A DNA stretch of 64,000 bases from positions 102,116,001-102,180,000 of the forward strand of contig NC_045696.1 of NCBI RefSeq assembly GCF_009834535.1, given 5' to 3'. Below the pieces are notes generated by a model. That model was not told the origin of the DNA. It worked only from the letters and a program-made list of their open reading frames with translations, and ran no database searches. Of the stretch, positions 35,871 through 49,249 are shown piece by piece. Positions within the stretch are counted from its first letter, which is position 1. Every line of letters starts with the position of its first letter. A program made the position numbers and the translations under genes. The stretch comes from Camelus ferus. Its lineage: Eukaryota.

Positions 35871-38800
35871 CTACCTTTACTACTACTGAAAATTACCTAT
35901 TAGCACTTAATAAATATTTCTGGACGATTTTGTGGTCATAAGATTTAATTGCACAATTTGAGAAGATTCGACATATTCTGAAGACTCTGGTTGCCAGGAC
36001 TTCAAACATATTGAAATTACAGAATGTTTCACAAATTCTTCATGACTCTGTACTTAATTTTCTTTTTAGTAAGTTAACCATAACTGCCAGAAAATTAGTC
36101 ATTTGTTATTGATATTTGGAATTTCTTTTCCACTCTTTTCAATTCTAAGATGTTTTTTGAAAAGAAAGAAAGAAAAAAGTAAAAAAAAAGAAGCATACCT
36201 CAGGGCCCTGCCCCTCTGCCCCCTTAGACATTAATCATGTGACTCTAACCACAGTATCCCGTACAGAAGGAGAGGTAATTGATCACTATACCAGCAGCTT
36301 GCCATAAGAAAATGTTTTGTATCTTTTCAGTACTTCCTGGAGTCAAGGAATCAAACTGAGAAGAGAATACAAGCAGTGTGTTATTGGGAGACTATTGCAA
36401 TCAGCACAGTTATTTCCAAATTGTTTGTCACATATTTTAGCCCCTGCTGTGTTATTTTTTTCTTTTTTTCTACATTAGGGGAAAAAAATCCATACTGGTC
36501 TGATTTAGCTTTCTTAAAGTGCTTCAGGTTTCTAAGACAGTACTTTAAGTATGTTGCTAGTGAGGTAATTCCTTTTGTTTACACATAATATTCAGATTGA
36601 AATCACAGTCCTTCCCTCTATGTGGCAGGCTGGAACATTTCTGCGAGAGATGTCACAGAGTCTGCCCTCAAGGATGTATGAAAATGTAACTTGGTGCAAA
36701 TTAGCTGGGAGTTCCCGTGCATGTCATTTCAAATCTGCTGAGACTAGTTGCAGGTATTTTGGTCTGTTTTTCTATAAACAAAGGATACTATGAAATGGAG
36801 GTTTGATAAATACACAGTTTTTTTGGAGATCCTTGAAACCACCTCAGAGAAGCAATGATTTACTTCTGTTTTCAATCCAGCATCCATATTGGCGGCCTGG
36901 CATCTTAACCCCTTTTGCAAACCTGTCTGAGGACAGGGGCACCGCCCTGAAGGTCAGTGAGATTGCCAGCAAGGCCAGATCCTTGCTCTTTCATGTAAGA
37001 TTATCCCATGAGTGAGAGAGTCTGTCTGAAGGCAACTGGATTGCTTAGGATTTGGTTCTACCTTGCAGATACTATTCTGTTTAAATGGGCTGCACTCATG
37101 CAAATTCTCGTGGGTTCAGGGTTTGAGACTTTGAAACAGGCTGAAAAATGTCGAGTTTAACTGCTGTTCTGCTGTACGTAGTGGTACCTACCTCTCTTCA
37201 AGCTTCACTGCCAAAGGCAGTCACTGCTTGTGGAGACGGGGCCCCGGGCTACCCCACTGTGACACACCCCACATGGAGCAGACTGAGGTGCTGTCATGGG
37301 TGAAGTCCAGCACTCACTATCTCTCTTTTAGATGCTTCTAATACTGATGATTTACCCAAAGCTTTAACTTAAACGTATCCCCTGCTTTAATCTCCACTTG
37401 CTTGTGTTGACCTCTATAATGTCATTGTCTTTAACCTCTTGATTATCCATCCAAGATCCCTTCTGCGTGAATCTACTCTGTATTTTTTTCACCCATGTGC
37501 CCAGACCCTAGAGCACTTCCTAGTCATCTTGCAGAACAGGATCGAATTTAAAACAGCTTTGGAGACCAATTGGCTGCAAACAAATTGATCTATCAGTAGA
37601 ATGATTTTTTCCATAAATGAGTATTCCATTCTGGCTTTTTTCCCCATGTATCAGTTTGATTTTTGAAGTGCCACAGATCAGTTTTATATGCTTTGTTGTC
37701 TTCTCTGATCGTCTCTCTCTTTTGTTGTTGTTGTTATTGTTGTTTCCTCTGCTTCCCTCCACCCTCCTCCTAGAATACAAGGGCAACTAAATATTAAAAA
37801 AAAATGTATTAAGTTGAAAAAAACCTAAATACTCAATGGTTGGGGGTGATGCCTACCAAAATTGTTTGGAAAGGTTTTTGTTTTTTTTTTTTAATAGACT
37901 GAGGGTAAAAATTGGTTTAAAATGAATGTTTCACTATATCATGATTTCATAACTTTTTGTATAAAGGGCATGAGGTAGTATATGAGGAGAATGCAGAACA
38001 GGCCTAATACCTGAGTAGACATACTTGACCAAGAATTAACTCAAACTTTATAAATTAAAGAAAAATATCTGAAAAGCCCAAGTTTGAAAAATTTTAGTAT
38101 TTTTTCTTTCTTTGTATTTTTCTTTCTTTTCACCTTTAAACAAAAGTAATTTATGCACTTTAGAAGAAAATGACAAATTGTAGACAAGTAAAAAGTACAT
38201 CAGAACCCTTGCCATGATCCAACCTACTTAGAGACAACCACCATTTTATATATATATGTATACCATTTCTTTGTTCATACCTCTATATAACATACATATA
38301 TATGCCTTATTCAGAAATTATACCATACCATACCTAGCGTATGAGAACATTTAGCCAATCATCTGTTGTTGGATATTAGTTTTATTTACGTGTGTGGGTA
38401 AATTTTTATTACTACAAACAGGTACAGTAATAAGTATAAAAATAGAAATTAAAAACTTAAGAAAGGAAAAAGGAAATAAAAATATTCTTGAAATGGACAA
38501 AAATATTTTTAAACAAAACATTGTAAAACTAAATAAGTACCCAAGTTACCTATTTGTGAAAAAAAAAAAAAGTATTGTTGATAATTTTTTTCCAGCAATT
38601 CATCCTTTTGACTAAATTATCTTGTTCAACAAATTACTTGTGAACAATTTTCTAACATCAAGTCCCATTATTGAGTCCCATTACATTTTTTGCTGCAAGT
38701 GTCTGGCTCTCATAAGAACTCAGAAAGTGGTCCTTTCTGAGCCCCAGGTGTTCTACCACTTACCATATTTCAAATCTATTTCTTGCTCCTTAAACCCCTG

Positions 38801-39632
38801 ATTCTTCCACCCTCCATCTGGAGTTTCTCCTTCAGGCAAGGAGATTTGCCTGATCTGATTTATAAAAATACCCAAGCTGTTGCTTATAAATTAACTTTTA
38901 CAGAATCAATCAGACATACCATTGTTCCTACCTTTATCTTCTTACTCTTTTCCTTAGTCTCAGATAAACAGTCCGGCTGGTTAGAGGGAATGCCTTCACT
39001 TGGATTCTCATCCTTTTGTGTCCATTTTAAAATGTGATTCTAAACTCATCTCTTCCTCTACTTTGTTGTATCTTTTCTTCTGTATCATCTCCTTTATTTC
39101 TTCTTTCAGATATACCCTAATTTTCCCCTCTTAAATAGTACTTTTGCTTGTCTCTACTATCTACTTTTACTATAAATATACTTTTCTTTTTCTTTGCATC
39201 CCCCAAAATAGTAAATGAATTATACTATTCTACTTTCTCATATCCCTCCTTAACCACTGTAAATTGACTTCTGTCCCACTGACTCAACAAACCTGCTTCT
39301 CCATTCCTTTTAGTCTATTCAAACTTTGTGCTTTGCAAGAACTTGGCTGCCTTCTTCTCTGAAGCATCAAGAACTGTTTAACCCCTTACTTTTTAGGACT
39401 CTGCCCACTTCCATCTATTCCCAACACTGCGTTAACCTAGCTCTCTACCCATCTTTCCTTAAACCCTCTTGTGTTTTATCCTAACCGCATCTCTTCCTCC
39501 TCATCAAACATTAATGAGGCTTAAGTTTCTGTCCTCACCTCTATTTCTCTCTTGGCATGTACTCCCTTCAACAACTTATCTGTTCTCATGGTTTCATATC
39601 CCTTCTCTATTTCATCTTTCCCCTGTATTTTC

Positions 39633-39767
39633 TTTTTTGGTACATTTTGGAGGGGAGATAATTAGGTTAATTAATTTATTTTATTTTTAGAGGAGGTACT
39701 GGGTTTTGAACCCAGGACGTCGTGCATGCTAAGTACGCACTCTACCACTTGAGCTATCCCCTCCCAC
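39633..39767 (-). mobile_element. vic-1-like SINE
   Basis: taattaggtt...ggaggtactgggttttgaacccagga...ctctaccacttgagctatcccctccc. Degenerate TSD ccctgtattttc (39621-39632) and ccctatactttc (39770-39781). Confidence 0.85.
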
Positions 39768-40649
39768 TGCCCTATACTTTCATGGTGCATATCCTTTTGT
39801 ATGTTTCTGCAAAGGAAGCATAAAGAGCAATTATTTTGAGACATTGCCTGGTAAACACAGCTTTACATGTTTCATCTCATTTTCTCAACTTTTCTCTTGT
39901 ACTTTTCAATTCTTTATTTATATCTATCTAAACATCTATGTATCTATTAATATAAACATTTTGGGGGAGATTCACTCAACTTTATGTTCCAATTTTGAAA
40001 TTTTCATTGCAGCCCTTGTATTTTTAATTTCTAAAAGCCCTTTCTTGTTTTCTGGTTGTTTCTTTTTCTAGAGTCCTATGCTTGTTTCCATGAATGCAAT
40101 ATTTTCTCTTGCCTCAAAATATTGATAATAAATTTTAGAAGAATTTTTCAATGCCTTAAATTCTGTCTGTTTTCTGCAAATTCTTTTTTTCCCCATCTTT
40201 TCATTTTGTTCTCCACTTTTCCTCACCTCTCTAGAGAAAGTTGGCTGAATATCCATGTTTAAGAGTAAAGGGGGACGTAAAAAAGAAAGCCTAAGAACGC
40301 ACAGGATGTGGGTCGGGGGCAAATTATGGGCTTGTCAACTGGTGAGCCTCATTGTAGGGTAACTGGGGAACCTGGCCTTTATCTGGGGGTAACCTAAATC
40401 TAAATATCTGTGAACCAGGCAGCTTCTCCAAATAATTGTTCTAATAGGAGGTATAAGTAAATTATCAACATTTTAGGAACACTGAATGGAAAAGGATCTT
40501 GGGGTCCTCACAGTTCACTGTATGGACTTTCATTTAACCCACCTCTATTCAGTTCTGCATCCCCTTCTTCCTCTCCTGTGCCTTTTGTCTCCAGTTCAGA
40601 ACTTTTCTGGTTCAATTTCTTAAGAAAGTAAATCCTTCAGAGATGGAGT

Positions 40650-41420
40650 GCATGAGATTGGCTGACTGCTCAGAGAAACAGATAGGATATTTTAAACTTA
40701 ACAAAATGATGCTAAAGTTTATCTGGAAAAATGAACATTCAAGGAAAATTCTGAAAGTCCTGAGGAACACTAGAATACCAGATCTACCTGACACTAAAAT
40801 GTATTATGAAGCTCTAACCATCAAAGTTTGGTGCTGTGAGGGAAAAGACTGTAGCTTTATGGAAAATCAGAGTCAGAAAATAATCCAAACAAACACATGT
40901 AGGGATTTTGGATATAATAAAAGCGGCTTTTCATATCTGTAGGGAAAAAGATGAATTATAATAGGATATTAATTGCAACATTGTTTATAAAAACAAAAAA
41001 TTTTAAACAGCCCAAATGTCTACCAATATGGAATTAGTTTAATAAATGTAATAACTTAATACAATATTTGCAACTGTTCAAAAGAATGAAATAATTATGT
41101 GTGAGTGAGCTCATTTGGAAGATATTCAATATATCACTTAAGTTAAAAAACAAGTTGCTCAATAATATGTACGATATTATCCCATATTTGTTCTAAAAAA
41201 AGAGAGGGTATATATTTGTAAATCCATGCTTAAAAGTTCTAGAAGCATAAGAAATATTAATAGTACATCTGGGAGTGGGAATCAGGGCCTGGAGAGGGAG
41301 GGAAAGAGTCTTTCACTTTTCACTTTATACCCTCTGCACTCTTTAATTTTTAAAAAAAAAATTTCCTATGAGAATACATATCTTGTATAGCTAAAATTTT
41401 GTTAAAAATTAATAACTACA
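40650..41420 (+). mobile_element. Old L1ME-like ORF2 end and 3'UTR
   Basis: ORF 40643-40942 contains LKFIWKN...LPDTKMYYEALTIKVW, which is ORF2-like; aacagcccaaatgtc. Confidence 0.7.
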
Positions 41421-42229
41421 AAATTGCTAGCTTGCTGTCCAAATACTAGATTGCAAAACAGTTTTTAAATGTAATTGAAAAAATATTGATTCTAGGCTGG
41501 TTTGTCCTATAGCAAATTGGCCCGTGAGCTGGGATTTCTTCAGGCTTGTCATCATCCCATATATTTGCCTTCATCAGCTCCATCTGCCAATTATCATGTT
41601 TTCTTGCTTACTTCTTGGAACCCTCTCTCCCCAATTTTTATTTATTTACCCAGTTGCAACATAAAAGTTTCCCAGATATCTGTTCTCTTAAGTCATTTGC
41701 TACAGTTGCAGCAGATCTGTATGTAGAACAGCCTGACTGAGAATAGTTATCTCCACCCCACCTTTACCTCACTGGAGTGGGGAAATAGGTCAGATAAGGA
41801 AGTTGTAGAACACCGCCTACAAGGACACAACAAGCCATGTTCTATCATAGATAACTAGGGAATTTACATGATCTCACATTTCTTTTGTTTTAGAGAAAAT
41901 ATTTAAAATGATTCAGCTATATGAAGGTACACAGAAAAAAAAACATGTACCCATTTCTCAGATTTCCCCCAAAGGATCGATGTTACTTTAGAATTCCTTT
42001 CAAAAGAATAAAATTACAGCTCCTGTTGTAGTCCTATTCCTTCCTGTTCTCTTCCTTCCCCCAACTCCCTTATCCCTGAAGGTAACCACCACCATGAAGT
42101 CAGTGTTTGTCCTTCCTGACCATTGTTTATTGTGCTCTGTATCTGTATATACCTGTAAACAATATGTACCCCATTTCTGTGTTTTAAAAATTTTACAAAA
42201 ATAGTATTATACTGTACTTACTTGTTTCC

Positions 42230-42710
42230 ATTAGATTGCATTCAGATGCAAAGTTAACTGAAAAATACTCTACAGGGTATTAAATAATTGAGTGCTATTT
42301 GTGTCACTAAAAAGATGTCTAGGCAAAGATGGTCTGGTGGTCATTTAGTGGCTCAGTGATGTCATCAGAGATGATAGTGATGTTTTCTGTCATCCTTCTC
42401 TACTATTCCAGTGAGTAATTCTTAACCTGCTGGTTACAAGTCGGTGACAAAGCCTCAGGAGTTCACACTCCAAGGAGGACAGAGGGAAGGCAACAGCCAA
42501 AAGCCTTTTTCCTGTTAAGTTTTGTCTTTTTATTTGGGAAGGTAAAGACACCCATATATTTTCACTACATCTCATTTGCTAGAACTGATACTTTAAAACT
42601 TTGCTTTAAAAGAGGGCAAAGTATTGAATATTTTAGTTTTTCATCTTCCTTAGTGGAGAAAGTCACTGGGAAAAAGGGGGGCTGTTAATAACTTTTAGGT
42701 AGCCAGCCAT
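42230..42710 (-). mobile_element. MLT1-type LTR inside an antisense old L1 (about 41870-43000)
   Basis: gtggctcagtgatgtcatcaga, acatctcatttgctagaactg, ggtagccagcc. Confidence 0.5.
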
Positions 42711-43180
42711 GCTATTATTCTTTCAAAACTTGCTTTTTCCATTTGCCATCATGTTTTTTACAGTTTATTCATTTTGGTAATTCTAGATATAATCCATTCA
42801 TGTTAACTGTTGAGTAGCATTTCATTATATAAATCTATCAAAATTTGTGTATTTTCCTATTGATGGGCCTTTAAATTGTTGCCATATTTTCACTATTTGA
42901 AAAATGAAATCTTTGTGTGTATATATATATATCTATCTCTTTGTACTCATGTGAGAATTTTATATATAATACATATAGATTACACAATGCTGTAATACAT
43001 AATACATGTTACATATTGTATATAGTATATTACATATTGTTATATATAAAATATATATAAATAGTGAAATAGGATGGTAGATAATATCATTTTCATCTCT
43101 ACATGCACACACATACATATACCTTATTTTGTGCTTTCAATGTAGATTCTTTTCTGTGCTTCTTTAAAAAAAAAAAAAAT

Positions 43181-43252
43181 CTAATGAGGATTGAACCCAG
43201 GACCTCATTCATGCTAAGCATACACTCTAGCACTGAACTATCCTCCTCTCCC
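43181..43252 (-). mobile_element. Truncated vic-1-like SINE (tRNA head only)
   Basis: ggattgaacccaggacctcattcatgctaagcatacactctagcactgaactatcctcc. Confidence 0.75.
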
Positions 43253-43259
43253 ACCTTCC

Positions 43260-44850
43260 ATGCTTCTTGTTCTTTCCTTTCCTGCTTTCATTTGGATTAT
43301 TGAATGTTCTGTGTCCCTTTTATATTGTCATCATTCTACTACTCTGGAGTGATTCATTTTGGTTCATTTTGTTGTCTTAGTCATTATCCTTAAATTATAA
43401 ATACATAATTCATAGCATACATAATTAACAAAGTCTGAAATAAATAAGTATCTCTAGCATCATCCTGGATAATAGTAAGAAATTAAAATCCTTTAACTCT
43501 TCTTACTCCTCCCATCATTCATGTTAGTAATTGTCTAGTATTTTAATTTCACCTCATTTTTAGCTATTTAATAATAATTGTTGCTGTTACAGTTAATGTT
43601 TATTTTAGCTTATGTTTAATAGCTTCTTTAATTAACATTGCTTCATAAACCTACTCTTTCTTCTGTGTCTAGTTTTCTTCTTTCTGAAAGTTTTGCTGTT
43701 GTGATTCTTTTGAGATTAGTAAATTAGTAGTTTAGCAGTAAATTACTAGTTTTTGGCTTAAAATTTTCTTTATTTTGTCATTTTTAAAAGACAGTTTATC
43801 TAGCCATAGAATTCAAAATTGACAAATATATTCCCTCAGAACTTTGGACATATTAGAAAACTGTATTTTGGACTTTTTTGCTATTGATTAAAAAATGCTC
43901 TGTGATTGTTATCATTTTTAAAGCTAATCTGTCTTTTCTCTCTGGTTGGTTTTTGGTTTTCTCATTACATATTATAATTGTGCAATTTCACTATAGCAAG
44001 TCCAAGTGCTTATTAATTTTATTTTGCTTCACTCAGAGCTTGATATGATTCTTCTATTCTACAAATATTCTCCTAGAATATTGTCTCTCCCTCATCTCTT
44101 TTCTTTCTTCTGAAACTGTTATTAGATATATGCTGGATATCTTCAGTTTATTCTGCATCTGTCTTATTCATTTAAATATTTTCTCTCTTTGTATCAATTG
44201 AGCTATATCCTCAGATCCTGTTCTCTGATTCTCTTTTGAGCTGTGCCAACTGAGTTTTTAATTTTGGTTAAAAATTAAACCAAAGACAACCTCTGGTTGT
44301 CTTTCCAGATTTTGGTTTGTTTCTTTTTCAAATTGGCTATATTCTTTTGTTATGTTTTATATTTATTTTTAAGATATCATTAATCATTTTAAAGGTAACT
44401 GTTTTGGAGGGTTTACAGATTGTGTTGCTGTTTCTATCTCTTATGGTTCTAGTTAGTTCTCCTTTTTTTAAATATTTTTATTTTCTGCCTCTCCCTCATA
44501 GGAGTTTCTCTTTTTACATTATGTATATATTTTTAATTTTTTTTGTTAAACAAACTTAAAATGAAAAGAGAAGGATATTGGTTTCAATTCTTCTTGGGGT
44601 CCGTTGCAGAAAGCACGACAACTCATCTTTTGTGAGGTTTTTGTGTTGTTTTTTGAATAGCATCAAATGGAGCTCATCCCTCTTGCTTTCAGTTTTCCTT
44701 TGTTCCTTTCTCCTGGGGATTTCTATTTCTTTATTTTGCGTTCAGCTATGAGTTAAAAAAGTTGTAATTTACATATAAATTTACATACACTAATACAGGA
44801 GGAAACTTTACATTAGTTTAGTTCTACTAATTGCAAGAACCACATATTAA
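43260..44850 (-). mobile_element. Ancient L1 ORF1 / HAL1-like element, antisense
   Basis: T-rich; atagaattcaaaattgaca...ttccctcagaacttt and tctgtcttttctctctggttgg are reversed ORF1 motifs. Confidence 0.6.
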
Positions 44851-45009
44851 TGACTTTCTGAGGACACTTAACTTCCTTAACACTGCTCTGTACTCCTCTC
44901 GGCACTCAATCATGTCAAAAGTCATTGAAGACAAATAGAAATTTTAAAAGTGGTTTCTGTACAATTCCTTTATTATGTACCAAAGATAATATCTGCTAAT
45001 ATGGTTATC

Positions 45010-45312
45010 CAAAGCTAAAGTTACAAACATATGGTCTATGGTCAGATCCCATCTGCAGACATATTTTTAGTCCACACAATGTTTAAATTTTTATATGTTT
45101 CCTACATTTAAAAATTGGTCAATTTTACATTACGGTTAAGATTTTTCAGTGTGTCTTACAAAGAAAATAACCAGAAAAATGCAGTTCCTCCTGCACTCCT
45201 GTGCCAGTCCTGAAAGTTAGAGTTCTTACCCTTTCTCCCTTGTTTCCACAGACAGCTTGTTCCTTTATATAATAGATGTGGCCTTGCAGGCACCTGAGTT
45301 TGTAACTTCTAG
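45010..45312 (-). mobile_element. MER102-like hAT-Charlie
   Basis: Terminal ggccttgcaggcacctgagtttgtaacttct and the opposite end aagttacaaac. Confidence 0.55.
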
Positions 45313-46857
45313 TTTAAGGAAGTAAAAAATTTGTAGAATGCCATCAGATAAATCACCATTCAGATCCTAATAAATATGTAAAAGGCTGGTTAATGTGGTT
45401 AGTTGCTGACTGCTTTAGCATGTATGCACTTCTTTGGCTCACTATGGTCAGAATGATGATCTCCTCTTTTGGTAATCTCCAAGGGTTTGGAGAGTAATCC
45501 GAGGTCCTATAAAGAAAACCTATACATTAACTAGAGTAACTATGGACACAGTGGGTTCCAGTGTGGTTTGGACCAGCAGAAAGAGCAGAAACGGCATTCA
45601 TTTTGGCTTTGTATTGGTACATTTGTATCTCTGAAGTTTCGTGGTTTCTTTGGGAGCAGAGCCTCCAGATCTCTCTCTAACTCTTGTTTCAGCTGGTGGG
45701 CCCCTTGCTGGAAACTTGACAGAATCTGTGGGTAATTAGTAAGAACTGGACATGTTCCAAGTCTAAATTATTCCTTCTTTCTAGTTTTGCAAGAATTCAG
45801 CAGTATCACAGCTGAGTGGGAGTGCTGTAAAATGTTACTGAAGAGCTTTATTATTCCCTGTAGGTTACTATTTATTAATTTGGTCAGTACTCATACGGAA
45901 AAACAGTCTTTATTGTGTTGAAATCTCTTCTATATAAACTGTGTTCCTGGATACTCAGAAGCACATTACTTGTTCTGATTTGTACCCCATACACTTCCAC
46001 CTCCACTTCACCCCTACTTGAGCTACACTGGACTTCTCACCATATCCTAGATGATTGTTACTTCCCTGAGACCTAATGCCAGCTTTTCCCTCTTCATCAG
46101 GCCCAGTTCTGGTTTTGTCTCAAGTCAGAAGTCATTTTCTCTCACTAACACTATCATCCTGCTTTATTCACTCTGTGAAGAGCATGGCTGTCATCTTGTT
46201 TTATGGCTAGTTCTCCAAGTAGCTGTTCATTACTAGTTTTTGAGCTTCTTAAAAGCAAGCCCTACCTATTTTTTCTCTTATTCATCTTTGTATTTCTAGA
46301 GCCTGGTACCCTGCTTAGCACCTAACAGGTACTCAACAAACTCACAATGTCTTGAAGTAATCTTAATTACTTCTGAAAAGGATGTGAGCTAGTTTACGGG
46401 CCTAAGGAACATTTATTTTCAAAATGGATAAATAAGATTAAAAACTGATAAGACGTCTTTTAAAAGAAATGAGAAAATGAGTATCGGGCACCAGTTAGAT
46501 CCTTAATTTAGCACTAAATTTTGCTCAGAGCCTCCTGGCAACAAAGTGAAAAGGAAAGTACATCTGTTTATATGATTCTCTAAGCCAGTTAAAGAAAACA
46601 CACAGATCATCTGCCAGTATTGCTTTGTTATTGAACTCCATGAGAAACAAGGCATAGGGTGATGTGGTAGACAATATTATTGACTATAGGCTTATGAAAG
46701 ACACAAAATTATTCTTCAGATTGACCTTCTAAAATCTACCCTCTACAAAAGCTAAAAGTAAAACAATAATCCCTAAGTAAATAAAGCCACTGCTATAATA
46801 GTTCTTCAAAGATGCTTCCTCATGATCTGACGTGGAACAAAGTTAGAGCTTAAGTAA

Positions 46858-47363
46858 CTATTAGTTATCCACTGCTGTGTAGCAAATTACCCCCACAACT
46901 TTGCTGCTTGATATGGCAAACATTCATCTCCCATTCCTGAGGGTCCATGTAGGCTGGGTATGCTGGCTCAGGAGCTCTTGTGACTTTGCAGCTAAGCTGT
47001 CGGTCAGCGCTGCAGTCTCTGACGACTCGACTGGGACTGATGGATCCACTTCCAAGCTCACATCGCTGACAGCAGAATGTTTAACTTCCCTGCCATGTGT
47101 TCTCTGTAGGGCTGGCTATGACTTGGCTTCCTCCACAGAGAACAATCCAGGAGAAAGATGATGATGTGGCACATATGAGAGAATGAGAGAGCAACCAAAA
47201 TGGAAGTTGTGGGGACTGTTTAAATCTGATCTTGGAAGTGACCTGTTATCACTTCTATTGGTCACACAGACCAACTCTGGTACAGTCTGAGAGGGGATTA
47301 CACAAGGGAGAGGATACCAAATGTCAAGGATCATTGGAGGTCACCTCAAAGGATGGCTGTCAC
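46858..47363 (-). mobile_element. MLT1F-like LTR
   Basis: attagttatccactgctgtgtagcaaattacccc...tctattggtcacacagaccaactctggtacag...ggatcattggagg...ggctgtcaca. Confidence 0.8.
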
Positions 47364-47804
47364 AGCAACCCTGAAGAATGTTTGGTTCTCATATACTTTG
47401 GATGGTCCTTCTAGAATCTCAGATGTGAGCACTTTTAAGTAATGCATGAAGACCATTCAAAGTCGACTTCTATGGTTGCAAGTCAATGTTTATGTTGTTG
47501 ATTAATGAGAGATATATATACTTCCAGTCCCAGGAGACAAATGTACTTGGTATGGGGTAAAAATGTGCAGGCCTGCTGTGCATATTTCTTTCCCATCCTT
47601 GCAGTGATTAAGCCAACAGTATCCTCAGAAGAAATCTGATTATGTTCAAGTACTTAGAAGAGCTGAACATAGATTTCTGCACATAAAATATGGAAGAAAA
47701 ACTCTTGGCTTTAAAACCTTTAAGCACATGTGTAGTCACAGGCATTCTCAGCCACAAGTCTTAGAAATGCTATTTCAAATGCCTGATTTTAAGGACGGCA
47801 TCTT

Positions 47805-47869
47805 TTTTTTTTTTTTCAGTTGAAGTACAATCAGTTACAATGTGTCAATTTCTGATGTACAGCACAGTG
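47805..47869 (-). mobile_element. Very short (about 65 bp) L1 3'-end insertion with a 15-bp TSD
   Basis: Poly(T) followed by cagttgaagtacaatcagttacaatgtgtcaatttctgatgtacagcacagtg. TSD taaggac(g/t)gcatctt at 47790-47804 and 47870-47884. Confidence 0.85.
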
Positions 47870-49249
47870 TAAGGACTGCATCTTAAATGGTCCTCAGGGA
47901 CAGAGCTAAAGAAGGGAACTGTCTTATAATGTTAAAGGGACTCCTTTGGAAAAAGTCAGGTACTACTATCATCCCTATTGTACAGGGGGATTAAGTAATT
48001 TACCCAATATTCCAGAGCTAAGCATCATATATATTAAGCCAGGAGAAACAGATTAGGCTCTGTCATATTAGACTACATGCAGAATTATCCCATTCATGCC
48101 TGTATTTCTTTAGCCTTTTAAAAGGAATTATGAAACGATTAAAAATGAATGAAATATTAATTAAAAACACAAAAGCTAGTATTAAATAGAGAAAAAGTAA
48201 TGTACTTAAGTATCAAGAATTTCTAGAGGGTAAAAAATATCGCTTTACGTCCTTCTATAGGCAGCTGGTAAATGTTTGGAGGAACTGACCTGATACAGCT
48301 GGCTTTCCTCACAGGGAAGAACTTCTTAACAGGCAGACTTTAACTAAGATCTCACCGTTGAAATCTTGAGAGGTGTTGACCTAAAGTCCTTGGGTCTGAG
48401 CCAGAGCCTTCAGCCCCCGTCAGAGCATGCACAGGAAGAGGCCATTGGCTGCGGGGCTGCCTACGTGCTGCTGGTCCCATAATAAGCAAGCCAGCGAATT
48501 TTCAAAGCACACTGGTCCAACCACCCTCCTCTCTCCCCTGACTCTTGGATGCTTTGAAACATTAAATAATACAATAGCAAAGTTAATTTTTATATGGTAG
48601 TGTTAAGGACAAATAAAACCTGTAGTAGTAAAAAGTTTTTAAAAATTGAAGAAAGGCATTGACTAAAAATAGGAAAGAGGATGTTGGAAAACTGTTATAT
48701 ACAGGCTGGAAATGCAATAGAGTAGAATTTCTCCAGGAAGTTTCCCCAGCAGGGGCCTCAAGTCTTAGCCAGGGGAGTATGAGGGCACTGGATGGGGGAT
48801 GGGCATGGGGGGGTGCAGACACAGTGAGGGGAGGGGCACATGAGAGCAGTGTAGGGGAGAGTGAGAGGGTCTTGGGCCCAGGGAGGGTGTTTCCTCCAGA
48901 AGAGTCTGCAGAATGAGAGATACTCTTGTGCAAACCACTTGGACACATTCCATCGGGTTTAGGCGCCTTTCAAAATAATGTAGAACTATGTCTTCCTTCT
49001 GGGTGATTTTATGTGAGAGCTGGATAACGGGTTCAATAAATAGCCCCCAAAAAGTGTGCTTCATAGGCATCTGCGCTTGAGGATCTAGGAATTAGACTAC
49101 CTGGTCTATTTGCTGGAGTTCTGCTCACACCATGGCACTGGCCCCAAATTTCAACACAACACTTGTTCATGAATGAAAATAATGAGAAGCCTAGTCCAGC
49201 TACATGTCTTCTATCAGACATCTGTCTTATAGGATTCCTTTAGCCATAA

